The notes: generated by a model from the letters alone, not told the origin. 64,000 nucleotides of DNA from an uncultured Chloroflexia bacterium (GCA_963766685.1 CAVYBJ010000024.1:101844-165843); one strand, 5' to 3'; positions 50,604 through 62,496 are shown, counted from the stretch's first letter. Numbers and translations: made by a program.

Positions 50604-53310
50604 TCAGGTCGACGGGTCGCTGCCTGACCCCGCAAGGTGCCGCAGGCGGGGCACCGCGGCGCGGGCGGCCGCCGAATCGCGCATCGGCAGGCTGGTGCGG
50701 CGGATGCCGTCGTAGGCATAGAGCGCCCCGGCCACGGCCGATGCGGTGGGCACCAGCACGGCCTCGCCCATGCCCTTGGCGCCGTAGGGCCCTTCCGGCT
50801 GGGGCTCCTCCACGAGGATGACCTCCACGGGCGGCATGCCGGCCGCAGGGATGATGCCCAGCGACTTGAGGGTGTCCGTCTCCAGTCGGGCGTCCTTCGT
50901 GACGAAGGCCTCCGAGAGCGTGTGGCCGAGGCCCATGTGCACGCCGCCCACGACCTGGCCTTCCAGCATGAGCGGGTCGAGCGCCTTGCCCACGTCGTGG
51001 GCAGCGATGACCTTCTCGATGCGGCCCTCGTCGTCCAGGATGACGACCTGCGTCGCCCAGCCATAGCCGAAGTGCGTGATGGGTTCCTCCACGTCTGCTC
51101 CGAGCTTCGTCGTCCAGTCGATGACGATGTCGGCGCGGAACTCCTGGCCGGCCAGCTCGTCCAGGGCGCAGCCGCGCGTGGCGAGCTCGTCCCGAAGCGC
51201 CGCGCAGGCCTTCAGGACCGCCTGGCCGCCCAGCATGGTGGCCCGTGACGCCGTCGTGATGCCCGTGTCCAGCTCGTGGCTGGTGTCCACGGTGACCGTG
51301 ATGCGCTCCGGGTCCAGGCCCAGCTCCGCCGCCGCCATCTGGCGGAAGACCGTGTGGGTGCCCTGCCCCATCTCCGTCCAGGAGTGGAAGAGCGTCAGGC
51401 GCCCCTGCCCCTCCGGCCGAAGCACGGCTCGGCCGTACTCCTTGAGGCCGTTGCCGATGCCGGTGTTCTTGGCCCCGCAGGCGATGCCGGCATAGCGCGC
51501 CGCGCGGTACTGGTCGCGAACGGCCAGCAGCGTGTCCTTCAGGCCCACGCCCGGGCCGAGCTTCTGCCCGGTCCCGAAGCGATCGCCCTCCGCGAGCGCG
51601 TTGCGCCAGCGGATCTCCCAGCCATCGATGCCCACCCGCTCCGCGAGGCGGTCGAGGAGCGATTCCATGGCGAAGTTGGCCTGGTTGGCGCCGAAGCCGC
51701 GCATGGCCCCGGAGGGCGGGTTGTTGGTGTAGACGGCGCGCGCCTCGACGTCCACGTTGGGCACGGCGTAGGCGCTGCAGGCGTGGCCGGCGGCGCGCTC
51801 CAGCACCTTGCCGCCGACGCTGGCGTAGGCGCCGTTGTCGCCGACCATGCGCGCCTTGACGGCCACCAGGCGCCCGTCGGCGTCGGAGGCGACCGTGTAG
51901 TCCATCCAGAAGGCGTGGCGCTTCACGGAGAAGCGCAGCGACTCCGCCCGCGAGAGCGCCAGCAGGACCGGACGGCCCGTCCGCAGCGCCAGCAGCGCGG
52001 CGTGCCCCTGGACGTTGAGGTCCTCCTTGCCGCCGAAGGCGCCGCCCGTGGCCACCTGGGTGACCAGCACCTCCTGCGGCGCCAGGCCCAGGAAGGAGGC
52101 GATCTGGCGCCGGTCCTCCCAGGCGCCCTGGCCCTGCGAGAGGACGTGCAGCCGCAGGCCGCCCGACGCCGCGCCCGGGGCCGTGCCACGGGGGGCTTCG
52201 AGACCGCCGGCCACCGCGCCCGATGACGCGCCGGGGGCGGCGCCGTCCTGCGGCACGGCCAGGCTCGACTCCGGCTCCAGGTAGGCGTGCTCGATGGAAG
52301 CCGTGGTGAAGGTGTCCGAGACGACGTGGGCCGCGCCCGCGATGGCCGCCTCCACGTCCCCACGCCTGAGCACCGACAGCGAGAGGACGTTGCCGCCCTC
52401 GTGGAGAGCCGGCGCCCCGTCGGCCATGGCCGCGAAGGGGTCGGTCAGCGGCTCCTGGACCTCGTACTCCACCTCGATGAGCGCCGCGGCCGCCCGGGCC
52501 TGGCGCCGCGTCTCGGCGGCCACGGCGGCCAGCACGTCGCCCACGTAGCGCGTCGTCTCGCCCACCGCGACGAGCTGGTTCCAATCGTCGTGGAGGAGGC
52601 CCTGGTTGCGCTTGCCGGGCACGTCGGCGGCCGTCAGCGACGGCCACCACGCCGGGCGCCGCGAGGGCGCGCGAGATGTCGATACGCGTGACGAGGGCGC
52701 GCGGGTGGTCGGAGAAGCGCAGCGCGCCGTGGAGCATGCCGGGCACCACGTGGTCGGCCACGTACTCCTGGAGCCCGAGCACCTGCTCACGCCCGCGGTA
52801 CCTGGGGGCGCGAGCGCCGATGCGGTCGCCGGCCTCCAGCACCGGCCGGGGGCCACCCTGGCGGGCAGCCGCGACCTGCTCGATGGCGTCCACGATGGAG
52901 AGGTAGCCCGTGCAGCGGCAGAGGTTGCCGGCCAGCGCCTTCGTGATGGCCTCACGCTCGGGGTGCGCCTCCTTGCGCAGCAGGGCCTCTGACTTCATGA
53001 CGATGCCCGGCGTGCAGTAGCCGCATTGGGACGCCCCGGTGGCCGTGAAGGCATCCGCCCACAGGTCGCGGATGTCCGCGTCCAGCCCCTCCAGCGTCTC
53101 CACCTGTCGGCCGGCGACGCGCTCGGCCGGCTGGGCGCAGGAGACCACGGCCCGGCCATCGACGATGACGGTGCAGGCGCCGCAGGACCCTTCCGGGGCG
53201 CAGCCGTCCTTCATGGAGCGGAGACCGAGCTGGTCGCGCAGCAGCTCGAGCAGGGACGTGCCCGGCTCGATGGTCACGGAGCGCGTGACGCCGTTGAGGT
53301 CGAAGTCCAC
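50604..53310 (-). pseudogene. molybdopterin-dependent hydroxylase with fused N-terminal 2x[2Fe-2S] domain (MOP/XdhD-type; break near 52640)
   Basis: Contains [13 protein letters not shown] and [14 protein letters not shown]. The aldehyde oxidase/xanthine dehydrogenase domains contain GGAFGGKE, GAMRGFGANQ, TASRATM and YGAKGMGE. About 900 aa. No FAD-subunit gene is nearby. Confidence 0.85.
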
Positions 53311-53517
53311 CTGTCCTGCCTATTCGTTCGTGATGCGGGGCCATCTGGCCCTAGCAAGACTCTATCCTCAAGTCACAGCGTAGGAATCGCTGATCCGACG
53401 GGATCGTGCCGCTCGAACCGTTCGGCACGGACCCTTCGGACCCGTCCCGACCCGGCTCGATCCGCCGGGCCGTCGCGATGGGAGCCTGGACGAACCCTTG
53501 GAGCTTCGGAGGATGTG

Positions 53518-55001
<1,484 letters not shown>

Positions 55002-55005
<4 letters not shown>

Positions 55006-56441
55006 CCCTGGCCGGGCCGGCCAGCCAGCCGGCGAGCCGGCTGGTCTGCGGGGGCTGCGGCGCGGAGGCGGCTGGGCAGCCCTTCGCGGCACGCTGCCCG
55101 GCAGCTGCCGAGGGCGATGACACCGACCACGTCCTGCGACGCGTCCTGGACCCGGGAGCCATCGACCGGCACCCGGACCCGGACCCCAACCCCTTCGTGC
55201 GCTACCGCACGCGTCTCCACTCCTGGCACGTGGCACGCGCGGCCGGCTGGAGCGACGAGCGCTTCGTGGCGCTCGTGCGCGAGCTCGACGAGGCCGTCGC
55301 AGCCGTGGACGGCCACGGCTTCCGGGCCACGCCCGTGGTGCGCTCTCCCAGCCTGGACCGGCAGCTCGGCTTCAGCCCGCAGGGCGGCCTGTGGGTCAAG
55401 GACGAGACCGGCAACGTCTCCGGCTCGCACAAGGCGCGGCACCTGATGGGGGTCATGCTCGGCCTTCGCGTGGCTGAGGACCTCGGCCTGGCGGACCCCG
55501 CCGCCCCGCTGGCCATCGCCAGCTGCGGCAACGCGGCCCTGGCGGCGGCCGTCGTGGCCCGCGCGGCCCGGCGTCGCCTGCTCGTCTTCGTGCCGCCGAG
55601 CGCTGAGGCCCCGGTCGTGGAGCGCCTCCGCAGCCTGGGCGCGGAGATCGAGGTCTGCGAGCGCCAGCCGGGACAGGCCGGCGACCCCACCTACCACCGG
55701 CTCCTGGCGGCCATCGCGGCCGGCGCCGTGCCCTTCACCGTCCAGGGCAACCTCAACGGCCACACCATCGAGGGTGGCGCCACCCTCGGCTGGGAGCTCA
55801 TCGACCAGCTGCCGGACCGCGCCTCCGGCCTCGACCGACTCATCGTCCACGTCGGCGGGGGCGCCTTCGCCGCCGCACAGGCGCTGGCCTTCGAGGACGC
55901 CCACTCGGCCGGGCTCATCGACCGCCTGCCGCGAATGGACACCGTCCAGACCCAGGGCGGCTTCCCGCTGGCACGGGCCCATGCCCTCGTGCTCGACCGC
56001 CTGGGCGTGGCGGCCGGGGAGGTCGTCCCGGCCGATGCGGTGGAGGCCGGCCTGCGCGATATCGCGGCCCACCGCTCCGACTACATGTGGCCGTGGGAGA
56101 CCGAGCCCCACAGCCTCGCGCATGGCATCCTCGATGACGAGACGTACGACTGGCTGGCCGTCGTGCGTGCCATGCTGCTGACCGGCGGTCGCTGCGTCGT
56201 GGTGGACGAAGCCACGATCGAGTCCGCCAACCAGCTGGCGCGCCCGGACCTCGGCATCGATGCCGACCACACGGGCACGGCCGGCCTGGCCGGCCTCATG
56301 TCGCTCACTCGCGACGGCCTCGTCGAAGCCGATGAGACCGTGGCCGTGATCTTCAGCGGCGTCCGACGCTCGTCGGGCGCCGGCAGCACCGCCGCCGGCG
56401 ACACCGATGCCGGCGCACCAGCCCCCCACAGGGAGGAGTAA
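55002..56441 (+). CDS. fold-type-II PLP-dependent enzyme, threonine-synthase-like
   Basis: Intact. The GTG overlaps the upstream stop (GTGA 55002-55005). Contains [18 protein letters not shown] (Lys), [22 protein letters not shown] and HTGTAGLAG. Confidence 0.7.
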
Positions 56442-56448
56442 GGACCCC

Positions 56449-57405
56449 GTGAGAAGCTTCAAGGGCCGCGACATCCTGTCGCTGCGCGACATGACGCGTG
56501 ACGAGTACTTCCGCATCTTCCAGGTCGCCGACGACCTGGCGCCCATCGCGCGGGACCGACGCAACACGGACCTGCTGGCCAACAAGACGCTGCTGACGGC
56601 CTTCTACCAGCCCAGCACGCGCACGCGCCTCTCCACGGAAGCCGCCATGCATCGCCTGGGCGGCCACGTGCTGGGCTTCTCCGACGCCAAGATGACCCGC
56701 GCCGGCGACTTCTACATGGAGTCCCTCAAGGACACCTTCCACATGCTGGAGTACTACGGCGACGTCATCGCCATCCGGCACTACCAGCAGGGTGCGCCGG
56801 CAGAGGCCGCCCAGTGGTCGTCGGTGCCCGTCATCAACTGCGGTGACGGCTGGGGCGAGCATCCCACCCAGGTGCTCACGGACCTCTACACCATCTGGAA
56901 GGAGAAGGGCACGCTGGACGGCCTGACGCTCCTCCTCGTGGGCGACATGCGCATGCGCACGATGCACTCGCTGCTCTACGCCATGAGCCAGTTCGACATG
57001 AAGGCCCTCCTGGTGGGCCCCAAGGACATGGGCCTGCTGCCGGAGTTCAAGGCGGAGCTGGACGCCCGGGCCACCTTCTACGAGGAGGTCAAGGACGTCC
57101 GCGATGTCATCGACCAGGCTGACGTCATCTACATGGAGCCCGTCGTCCAGGCCGACTACACGCAGTCGCGCGTGGACTCCAAGGACGCCGAGAAGGGCCT
57201 CACGCCCAAGCAGTACGTGGTGAACCTGAAGCTCCTGGCGGAGAAGGCCAAGCGCGATGCCTTCGTGCTCCACAGCCTGCCGCGCATGGACGAGCTGACG
57301 CCCGACGTGGACGAGTCCCGCTGGGGCCGCTACTGGATCGAGGCCTTCAACGGCGTGGTCATGCGCATGAGCCTGCTCTCGCTCATCCTCGGCGCGGCCG
57401 AGTAA
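56449..57405 (+). CDS. aspartate-carbamoyltransferase-like transcarbamylase paralogue, second-substrate site altered
   Basis: Intact. The carbamoyl-phosphate motifs FYQPSTRTRLS, GEHPTQ, GDMRMRTMHS and LHSLPR are present. The ATCase TRVQ segment reads EPVVQ. Confidence 0.8.
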   Translation: MRSFKGRDILSLRDMTRDEYFRIFQVADDLAPIARDRRNTDLLANKTLLTAFYQPSTRTRLSTEAAMHRLGGHVLGFSDAKMTRAGDFYMESLKDTFHMLEYYGDVIAIRHYQQGAPAEAAQWSSVPVINCGDGWGEHPTQVLTDLYTIWKEKGTLDGLTLLLVGDMRMRTMHSLLYAMSQFDMKALLVGPKDMGLLPEFKAELDARATFYEEVKDVRDVIDQADVIYMEPVVQADYTQSRVDSKDAEKGLTPKQYVVNLKLLAEKAKRDAFVLHSLPRMDELTPDVDESRWGRYWIEAFNGVVMRMSLLSLILGAAE

Positions 57406-57424
57406 CCCCCGCCCGTCGCGCGCT

Positions 57425-57489
57425 GCTGGCGCCAGCCACGTGTGCTGGCGCCAGCACCAGCGCCGGCGCCATCGGTGCGCGCCGGCGCC
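57425..57489 (+). promoter_or_regulatory. pair of strong palindromic hairpins in the spacer between the two transcarbamylase genes
   Basis: GCTGGCGCCAGC-CACGTGT-GCTGGCGCCAGC (57425-57455), then GCGCCGGCGCC-ATCGGTGC-GCGCCGGCGCC (57460-57489). Confidence 0.5.
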
Positions 57490-57518
57490 CGACCGTTCCA
57501 CACGAGGAGGATACCCCG

Positions 57519-58496
57519 ATGCAGACCGGACTCCGCGGTCGAGACCTCATCGACCTGTCGGATTGGACCAACGAGGAGATCGAGACCGCGCTGGACGTGG
57601 CCTTCGACCTGAAGCGCAAGCGGGCCCTGGGCGAGGCCCACCCCTACCTGCGCGACCGCGTCCTCTCCATGCTCTTCTTCTTCTCCAGCACCCGCACGCG
57701 CGCCTCGTTCGAGGCCGGCATGGCCCAGCTGGGCGGGCACGCCATGTTCATCGAGAGCCGCACCACGCAGATCGCGCACGGTGACACGGCCACCGAGATC
57801 GGCGAGATCCTGGGTCGCTACAGCGACGGCCTCGCCATCCGCCACGTCACCTTCGGCGAGGGCAACCAGTACATCCGCGACGTGGCCGCCGCCAGCCGGG
57901 TGCCCGTGCTGAACATGCAGTGCGAGGTCTACCACCCCTTCCAGACGCTGGCCGACCTGATGACCATCATCGAGAAGAAGGGCAAGCTGCGCGGCCAGTC
58001 GATCACGGTCAGCTGGGCCTACGCGGCCAGCTACCAGAAGCCCATCAGCGTGCCGCAGTCGCTCATCCTGGCGGCCACCCGCTTCGGCATGAACGTCAAG
58101 CTCGTGCACCCGCCGGAGTTCCAGCTCATGCCGGAGATCGTGGCCCAGGCAGAGGCCAATGCCGCGCGGTCCGGCGGCTCGCTGGAGAAGCTGGACGACT
58201 TCGACGCCGGCTTCGAGGAGGCCGACGTCGTCTACGCCAAGTCCTGGGGCGCGCCGCTGCTGGGCGTCTCGGACGAGGAAGGCGCCAAGATCGCGAAGCA
58301 GTACACCGACTGGATCTCCGACGAGCGGCGCATGGCGCTCACCCGCGACGACGCCATCTGGATGCACCCGCTGCCGGCGGACCGCAACGTGGAGGTCGCG
58401 GACGCGGTCATCGACGGCCCCAAGTCGGCGGCCTTCGACGAGGCCGAGAACCGGCTCCACGCCCAGAAGGCGGTCATGGCCCTGACGATGGGCTGA
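57519..58496 (+). CDS. N-acyl-ornithine-type (AOTCase/SOTCase/YgeW-clade) carbamoyltransferase-like protein
   Basis: Intact 325 aa. GAGGAGG lies 8 nt before the ATG. Contains FFSSTRTRASFE and VYHPFQTLADL. VVYAKSWGA stands in place of DxxxSMG, and HPLPADRNVEV in place of HCLP. The tail DEAENRLHAQKAVMA matches my memory of Xanthomonas N-acetylornithine transcarbamylase. Confidence 0.75.
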   Translation: MQTGLRGRDLIDLSDWTNEEIETALDVAFDLKRKRALGEAHPYLRDRVLSMLFFFSSTRTRASFEAGMAQLGGHAMFIESRTTQIAHGDTATEIGEILGRYSDGLAIRHVTFGEGNQYIRDVAAASRVPVLNMQCEVYHPFQTLADLMTIIEKKGKLRGQSITVSWAYAASYQKPISVPQSLILAATRFGMNVKLVHPPEFQLMPEIVAQAEANAARSGGSLEKLDDFDAGFEEADVVYAKSWGAPLLGVSDEEGAKIAKQYTDWISDERRMALTRDDAIWMHPLPADRNVEVADAVIDGPKSAAFDEAENRLHAQKAVMALTMG

Positions 58497-58532
58497 ACGG
58501 TCCAGGGCGCAAAGGCGTGTCGAAGCGCAGGG

Positions 58533-58798
58533 TCAGACGGAGAGGATGGCGACGAGACGCCGACCGCCTCCAGCCTCGACCAGCACCGTCAGCTCGTCGG
58601 CATCGCCCGTCAGGATCGCCGCGGGGGTCCCGGACAGGGCCTCCGCGGCGACGATGGCATCGATCGCGTCCGCAAAGCCGGTCCGGCCGAGTCGCTCGCC
58701 CGCTTGGCGTGCGACGTCCGTCGTCGTCGGGGTGTACTGCTCGATCCAGCGCAGGGCGCGGTCCGTTCCGGAGAGCCCTGGCGCTCCGGACTGCTCAT
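58533..58798 (-). pseudogene. possible PIN-domain (VapC-like) gene fragment
   Basis: A minus-strand frame reads ..RALRWIEQYTPTTTDVARQAGERLGRTGFADAIDAIVAAEALSGTPAAILTGDADELTVLVEAGGGRRLVAILSV-stop. Only about 85 codons are present, with no clear start, and it abuts the pyrF stop. Confidence 0.3.
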
Positions 58799-59633
58799 GC
58801 CGAGCCCCCGCGCGCGGCCGTCACGGCGGCGGCCGACCGGCGGATGTCGTCCCGCAGGCTCCGGGCAGCCGCGGCCGGGTCCTCCGAGCCGAGGATGGAG
58901 CGGGAGGCATTGATGAGCAGGCCCCGCCCGCGGGCGTCGAGGCCCGCGGACACGACCGACGCCACGTCCCCGCCCTGGGCACCGACGCCCGGCACGAGGA
59001 ACGGCATGTCCGGGCAGAGCTCGCGGGCCCGGCGCAGCTCCGCGGGGTACGTGGCGCCCATGACGAGCATGCAGTTGCCGGCCTGCGTTCCAGGCGTCGC
59101 GGACGCGCGGTCGCCACGACCTCCCAGAGCGGGACGCCGTCCACGCGAGGTCCTGAAGCTCACCCGGCGCCGGGGTTGCTCGTGCGGCAGAGCACGATGG
59201 CCGCCTTGTCCGCGCGCTCCAGGAACGGCCGCAGCGCCTCCGCCCCGAGGTACGGATGCAGGGTCACGGCGTCGAACCCGAGCCCGTCGAGCAGGCCGGT
59301 CACGTAGCCGGCATTGGTGGAGTCGATGTCCGCCCGCTTGGCGTCGGCGATGGTGAAGATCGCCGGGTCCACCTCGCGCAGGTAGGCCAGCGTCTCTGCC
59401 AGCTCATCCCAGCCGGCCGCCCCGCGTGCCTCGTAGAAGGCCAGGTTGGGCTTGTAGGCCGCCACCCACGGGTGTGTCTGGTCGATGATCCAGCGACCAA
59501 AGGCCAGCTGCGGGCGGGGCTCACCCCGGAAGCGCGGAGGCAGCCGGTCGATCGCGCAGTCGAGCCCGACGCAGAGGAGCGAGTCGGTCGCCGCCATGCG
59601 AGCCTCCAGGCGCTGCAGCGCTGCGCCCCTCAC
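58795..59633 (-). pseudogene. pyrF: orotidine 5'-phosphate decarboxylase, type 2 (two breaks near 59160 and 59090)
   Basis: Contains LCVGLDC, YKPNLAFYEA, IADAKRADI, DAVTLHPYLG and VPGVGAQGG. The GTG start overlaps the pyrE stop. Confidence 0.85.
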
Positions 59634-60281
59634 GGCGTCCAGCCATGAGGATCGGCCATCCAGGTCCGCACGATCGCCGCGCCGCGGTCATCCAGGCGTC
59701 CCGACGAGACGGCCTCGCCGAGGACGGTCTCGAAGGTGGTGAGGACCACGAGCTCGACCGAGGCGTCCGCGAACGCCTGCAGCGCCTCCGGGAAGCCGTA
59801 GGTGATGATGGCCAGGCACGCGGGCACGCTGGCCCCGGCCTCGCGCAGTGCCTCGACCGCCGCAAGGCTGGAGCCGCCCGTGGTGACCATGTCCTCCACG
59901 AGCGCCACCCGGCGTCCGGCGACCTCGCCACCCTCGATGCGGCGGCCGAGCCCGTGGTCCTTGGCGGCCTTGCGCACGAAGACCGACGGCCGGCCCGGTG
60001 GCGAAGGCCAGCGCGCTGCTGTGGGGGATACCGGCGCTCTCCACTCCGGCGATCACGAGGTCGCCGTCGGCGTCCTGCCCGGGATCGGCGTGCAGCTCCG
60101 CCTCGAAGGCCTCGATGACCACCCGCCAGGGCGTGGGCTGCGAGATGAGCCGACGGTTGTCCACGTAGACCGGCGAGCGCAGCCCCGACTTGAACGTGAC
60201 CGGCGCGACGGGGGTGAGCGTGATGGTGCCGGCCTCGAGCAGCGCGCGGGCCACCTGGGCAGCACGCTGGCTCACCCGCAT
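59630..60281 (-). pseudogene. pyrE: orotate phosphoribosyltransferase (break near 59985)
   Basis: Contains FKSGLRSPVYVDNR and GVESAGIPH, plus the PRPP motif VALVEDMVTTGGS. Confidence 0.9.
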
Positions 60282-60299
60282 GGCGGGACCGTCCTGGAG

Positions 60300-61422
60300 T
60301 CACGTCACTCGCCCCTTCCGAGCCTCGCGCAGGATGAGCGCGCCGGCCAGCGGGCCCCGGAACACGAGCGCCGAATAGATCATGGCCGCCCGTGCACCGG
60401 CGTGCTGGAAGGCCAGCAGGTCCCTGCCGTCGAGGATGCCACCGCAGGCCACGATATCGAGGTCGACCCGGGCGTCTGCGACGATCGCCGAGATGCGCCG
60501 CACGGTGTCGAGCGCGAGCGGTCGGAGGCCGGCTCCGGAGAGGCCCGCGCTACCGCCATCCGTGGGCGCGGGGCGGGCCCACGTGTTGGTGGCCACGATG
60601 GCACGCACCCCGGCCGCGAGCATGCCCTGATCAGCGTCTGCAGTTGCTCATCGGAGAGGTCAGGCCCGACCTTGACCCAGAGCGGCAGGCGCGTCACCGT
60701 GGCGAGGGCGCCGCAGAGCCGCTCGGCCAGCTCGCCCGACTGCGTGCCCGCGCGGGTCGTCCTCCGTGTTGGGGCAGGAGAGGTTCAGCGTCAGCCACGC
60801 CGGACCGGCCGCAGTGTCTCGGAAGGCCTCCGCGAAGAACGCCCGCGGCCTCGCGGATCTCGCGCTCGCTCTCGGCGAGGTCAGTGAGGCCGGGGCTGAC
60901 GGCGAGGTTCACGCCCCAGGTCGGCGGCAGGGCGTCCGCGTGCGTTCGCAGATGCGCGGCCGCAGCACGTGCGCCAGGGTTGCGCAGCCCGATGCGGTTC
61001 TGCATGGACGCGCGCGGCGGGGTCCCTCCAGACCACGCGGCCCGGGTTGCCGGGCCGCGCGTGCCGCGTGTAGGAGCCGAACTCCACGGCGCCCACGAGC
61101 GCCGGCAGGACGTGCCAGCCGGCGACCACGTTGCGCCGCCGCGTCGACAGCTGCCAGCGCAGCGTCCTCGCTGGCGAAACCCTCGCCCTTGACGAGACCG
61201 GCGGCGATGACGATGGGGTGCGGCAGTCGACACCCCGCCGACATCCGTGGGCTGGTCCGGGAAGGCTGCCCGGTTGGCCAGTCTCGCCAGCGGCCCGATG
61301 AAGGCGAGGTCGTCGGCACGCCGCAGCAGGGCCAGCGTTCGATCGTGCGCGACCTGCGCGTCGCTGCGACGGATCATCGCCGCGGCAGGCCGCCAGGCGA
61401 GCTCGTAGAGGGTCAGGACCAT
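60300..61422 (-). pseudogene. pyrD: dihydroorotate dehydrogenase (class 2-like; at least 4 breaks)
   Basis: The fragments PHPIVIAAGLVKGEG, GNPGRVVWR.., NRIGLRNPG, WGVNLAVSPG, NLSCPN, LWVKVGPDL, AIVATNT and IVACGGI are spread over three frames. The ATG at 61422 overlaps the pyrC end. Confidence 0.8.
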
Positions 61423-62496
61423 CGCAGGACGTGTCCCGCGCCCTGCTGGGCGTGCACGCTCTCGCCGTCGAAGGCGACGGTCGCCGCGGATGCGCACCTC
61501 GCGCACTCGGCCTCGCACGCGCATGCCTGCGAACGGCGACCAGCCCGGGCTCGTCAGCAGGGCGCTCGTCCTCGATGACCCAGGAGGCGGCGGTGTCGAT
61601 GAGCGGTGAACGTCTCGGCCGGGGCCCGCAGGCCGAAGATGCGCTGCGGAGCGGTGGCCACCAGCTCCACGAGGCGCTCCTCCGACAGGCGACCCTCGTG
61701 CGCCGCCAACACCAGCAGGGGCAGCGTCGTCTCGAGGCCGGGCAGGCCGTAGGGCGGCGAGGCGCCCTCCTTCTCGGCCCGCGTGTGCGGCGCGTGGTCG
61801 CTCTCCACGACGTCCACGGTGCCGTCCGCGACGGCCTCCCAGAGGGCTGCCACGTCCGCGTCCGTCTTGAGCGCCGGTTTGACGAGGCCGTAGGGGCCCA
61901 GGCGCGCGGCGTCCGCTCGCCGTCAGGTAGAGGTGGTGCGGGGTCACGCCCACGCTGATGGGCAGGCCATCGCGCTTGGCCTCGCGCAGCATGGCCATCT
62001 CCGGCGCGCTGCTGACGTGGCAGAAGTGGACGCGCACGCGCAGCTCCCGCACCAGGGCCAGCAGCGCCTCCAGCGTGGCACCCTCAGCGTGGACGGCGAC
62101 GGGCCTCGCGCTGGCTGCCTGCCAGGCGACCAGGTGGCGCCTCCGCTCGGCCTGCTCGGCCAGGAGCAGGTCGCCGGTGGTCTGGTCGCAGTACATCTTG
62201 AGGCCCACGGCGCCCGGCCGCGGCGCCCGCGTACTCGCTCCCGTCGGCCTGCTGGTCGGCGCCCACGTAGAGGCCGACGTCGCAGCGCGCCCGCGCCGTG
62301 ACGCGATCCGGCCTTGGCCGCCAGCCGCGCCGCGGTGGTCGTGGTCGGCGGCGTGTTGGGCATGTCCAGCACGGCCCAGTAGCCGCCCGCCAGGGCCGCC
62401 GCCGTCTCTCGCTCGACGGTCGCCTTGTGCGACCAGTCGAGATCGCGAAGGTGCACGTGCGGATCGAGCGCGCCCGGGGATCCGCAGCAGGGTCAC
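61413..62496 (-). pseudogene. pyrC: dihydroorotase (at least 5 breaks)
   Basis: The GTG overlaps the pyrB stop. Contains [42 protein letters not shown] and VESDHAPH. Confidence 0.8.
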
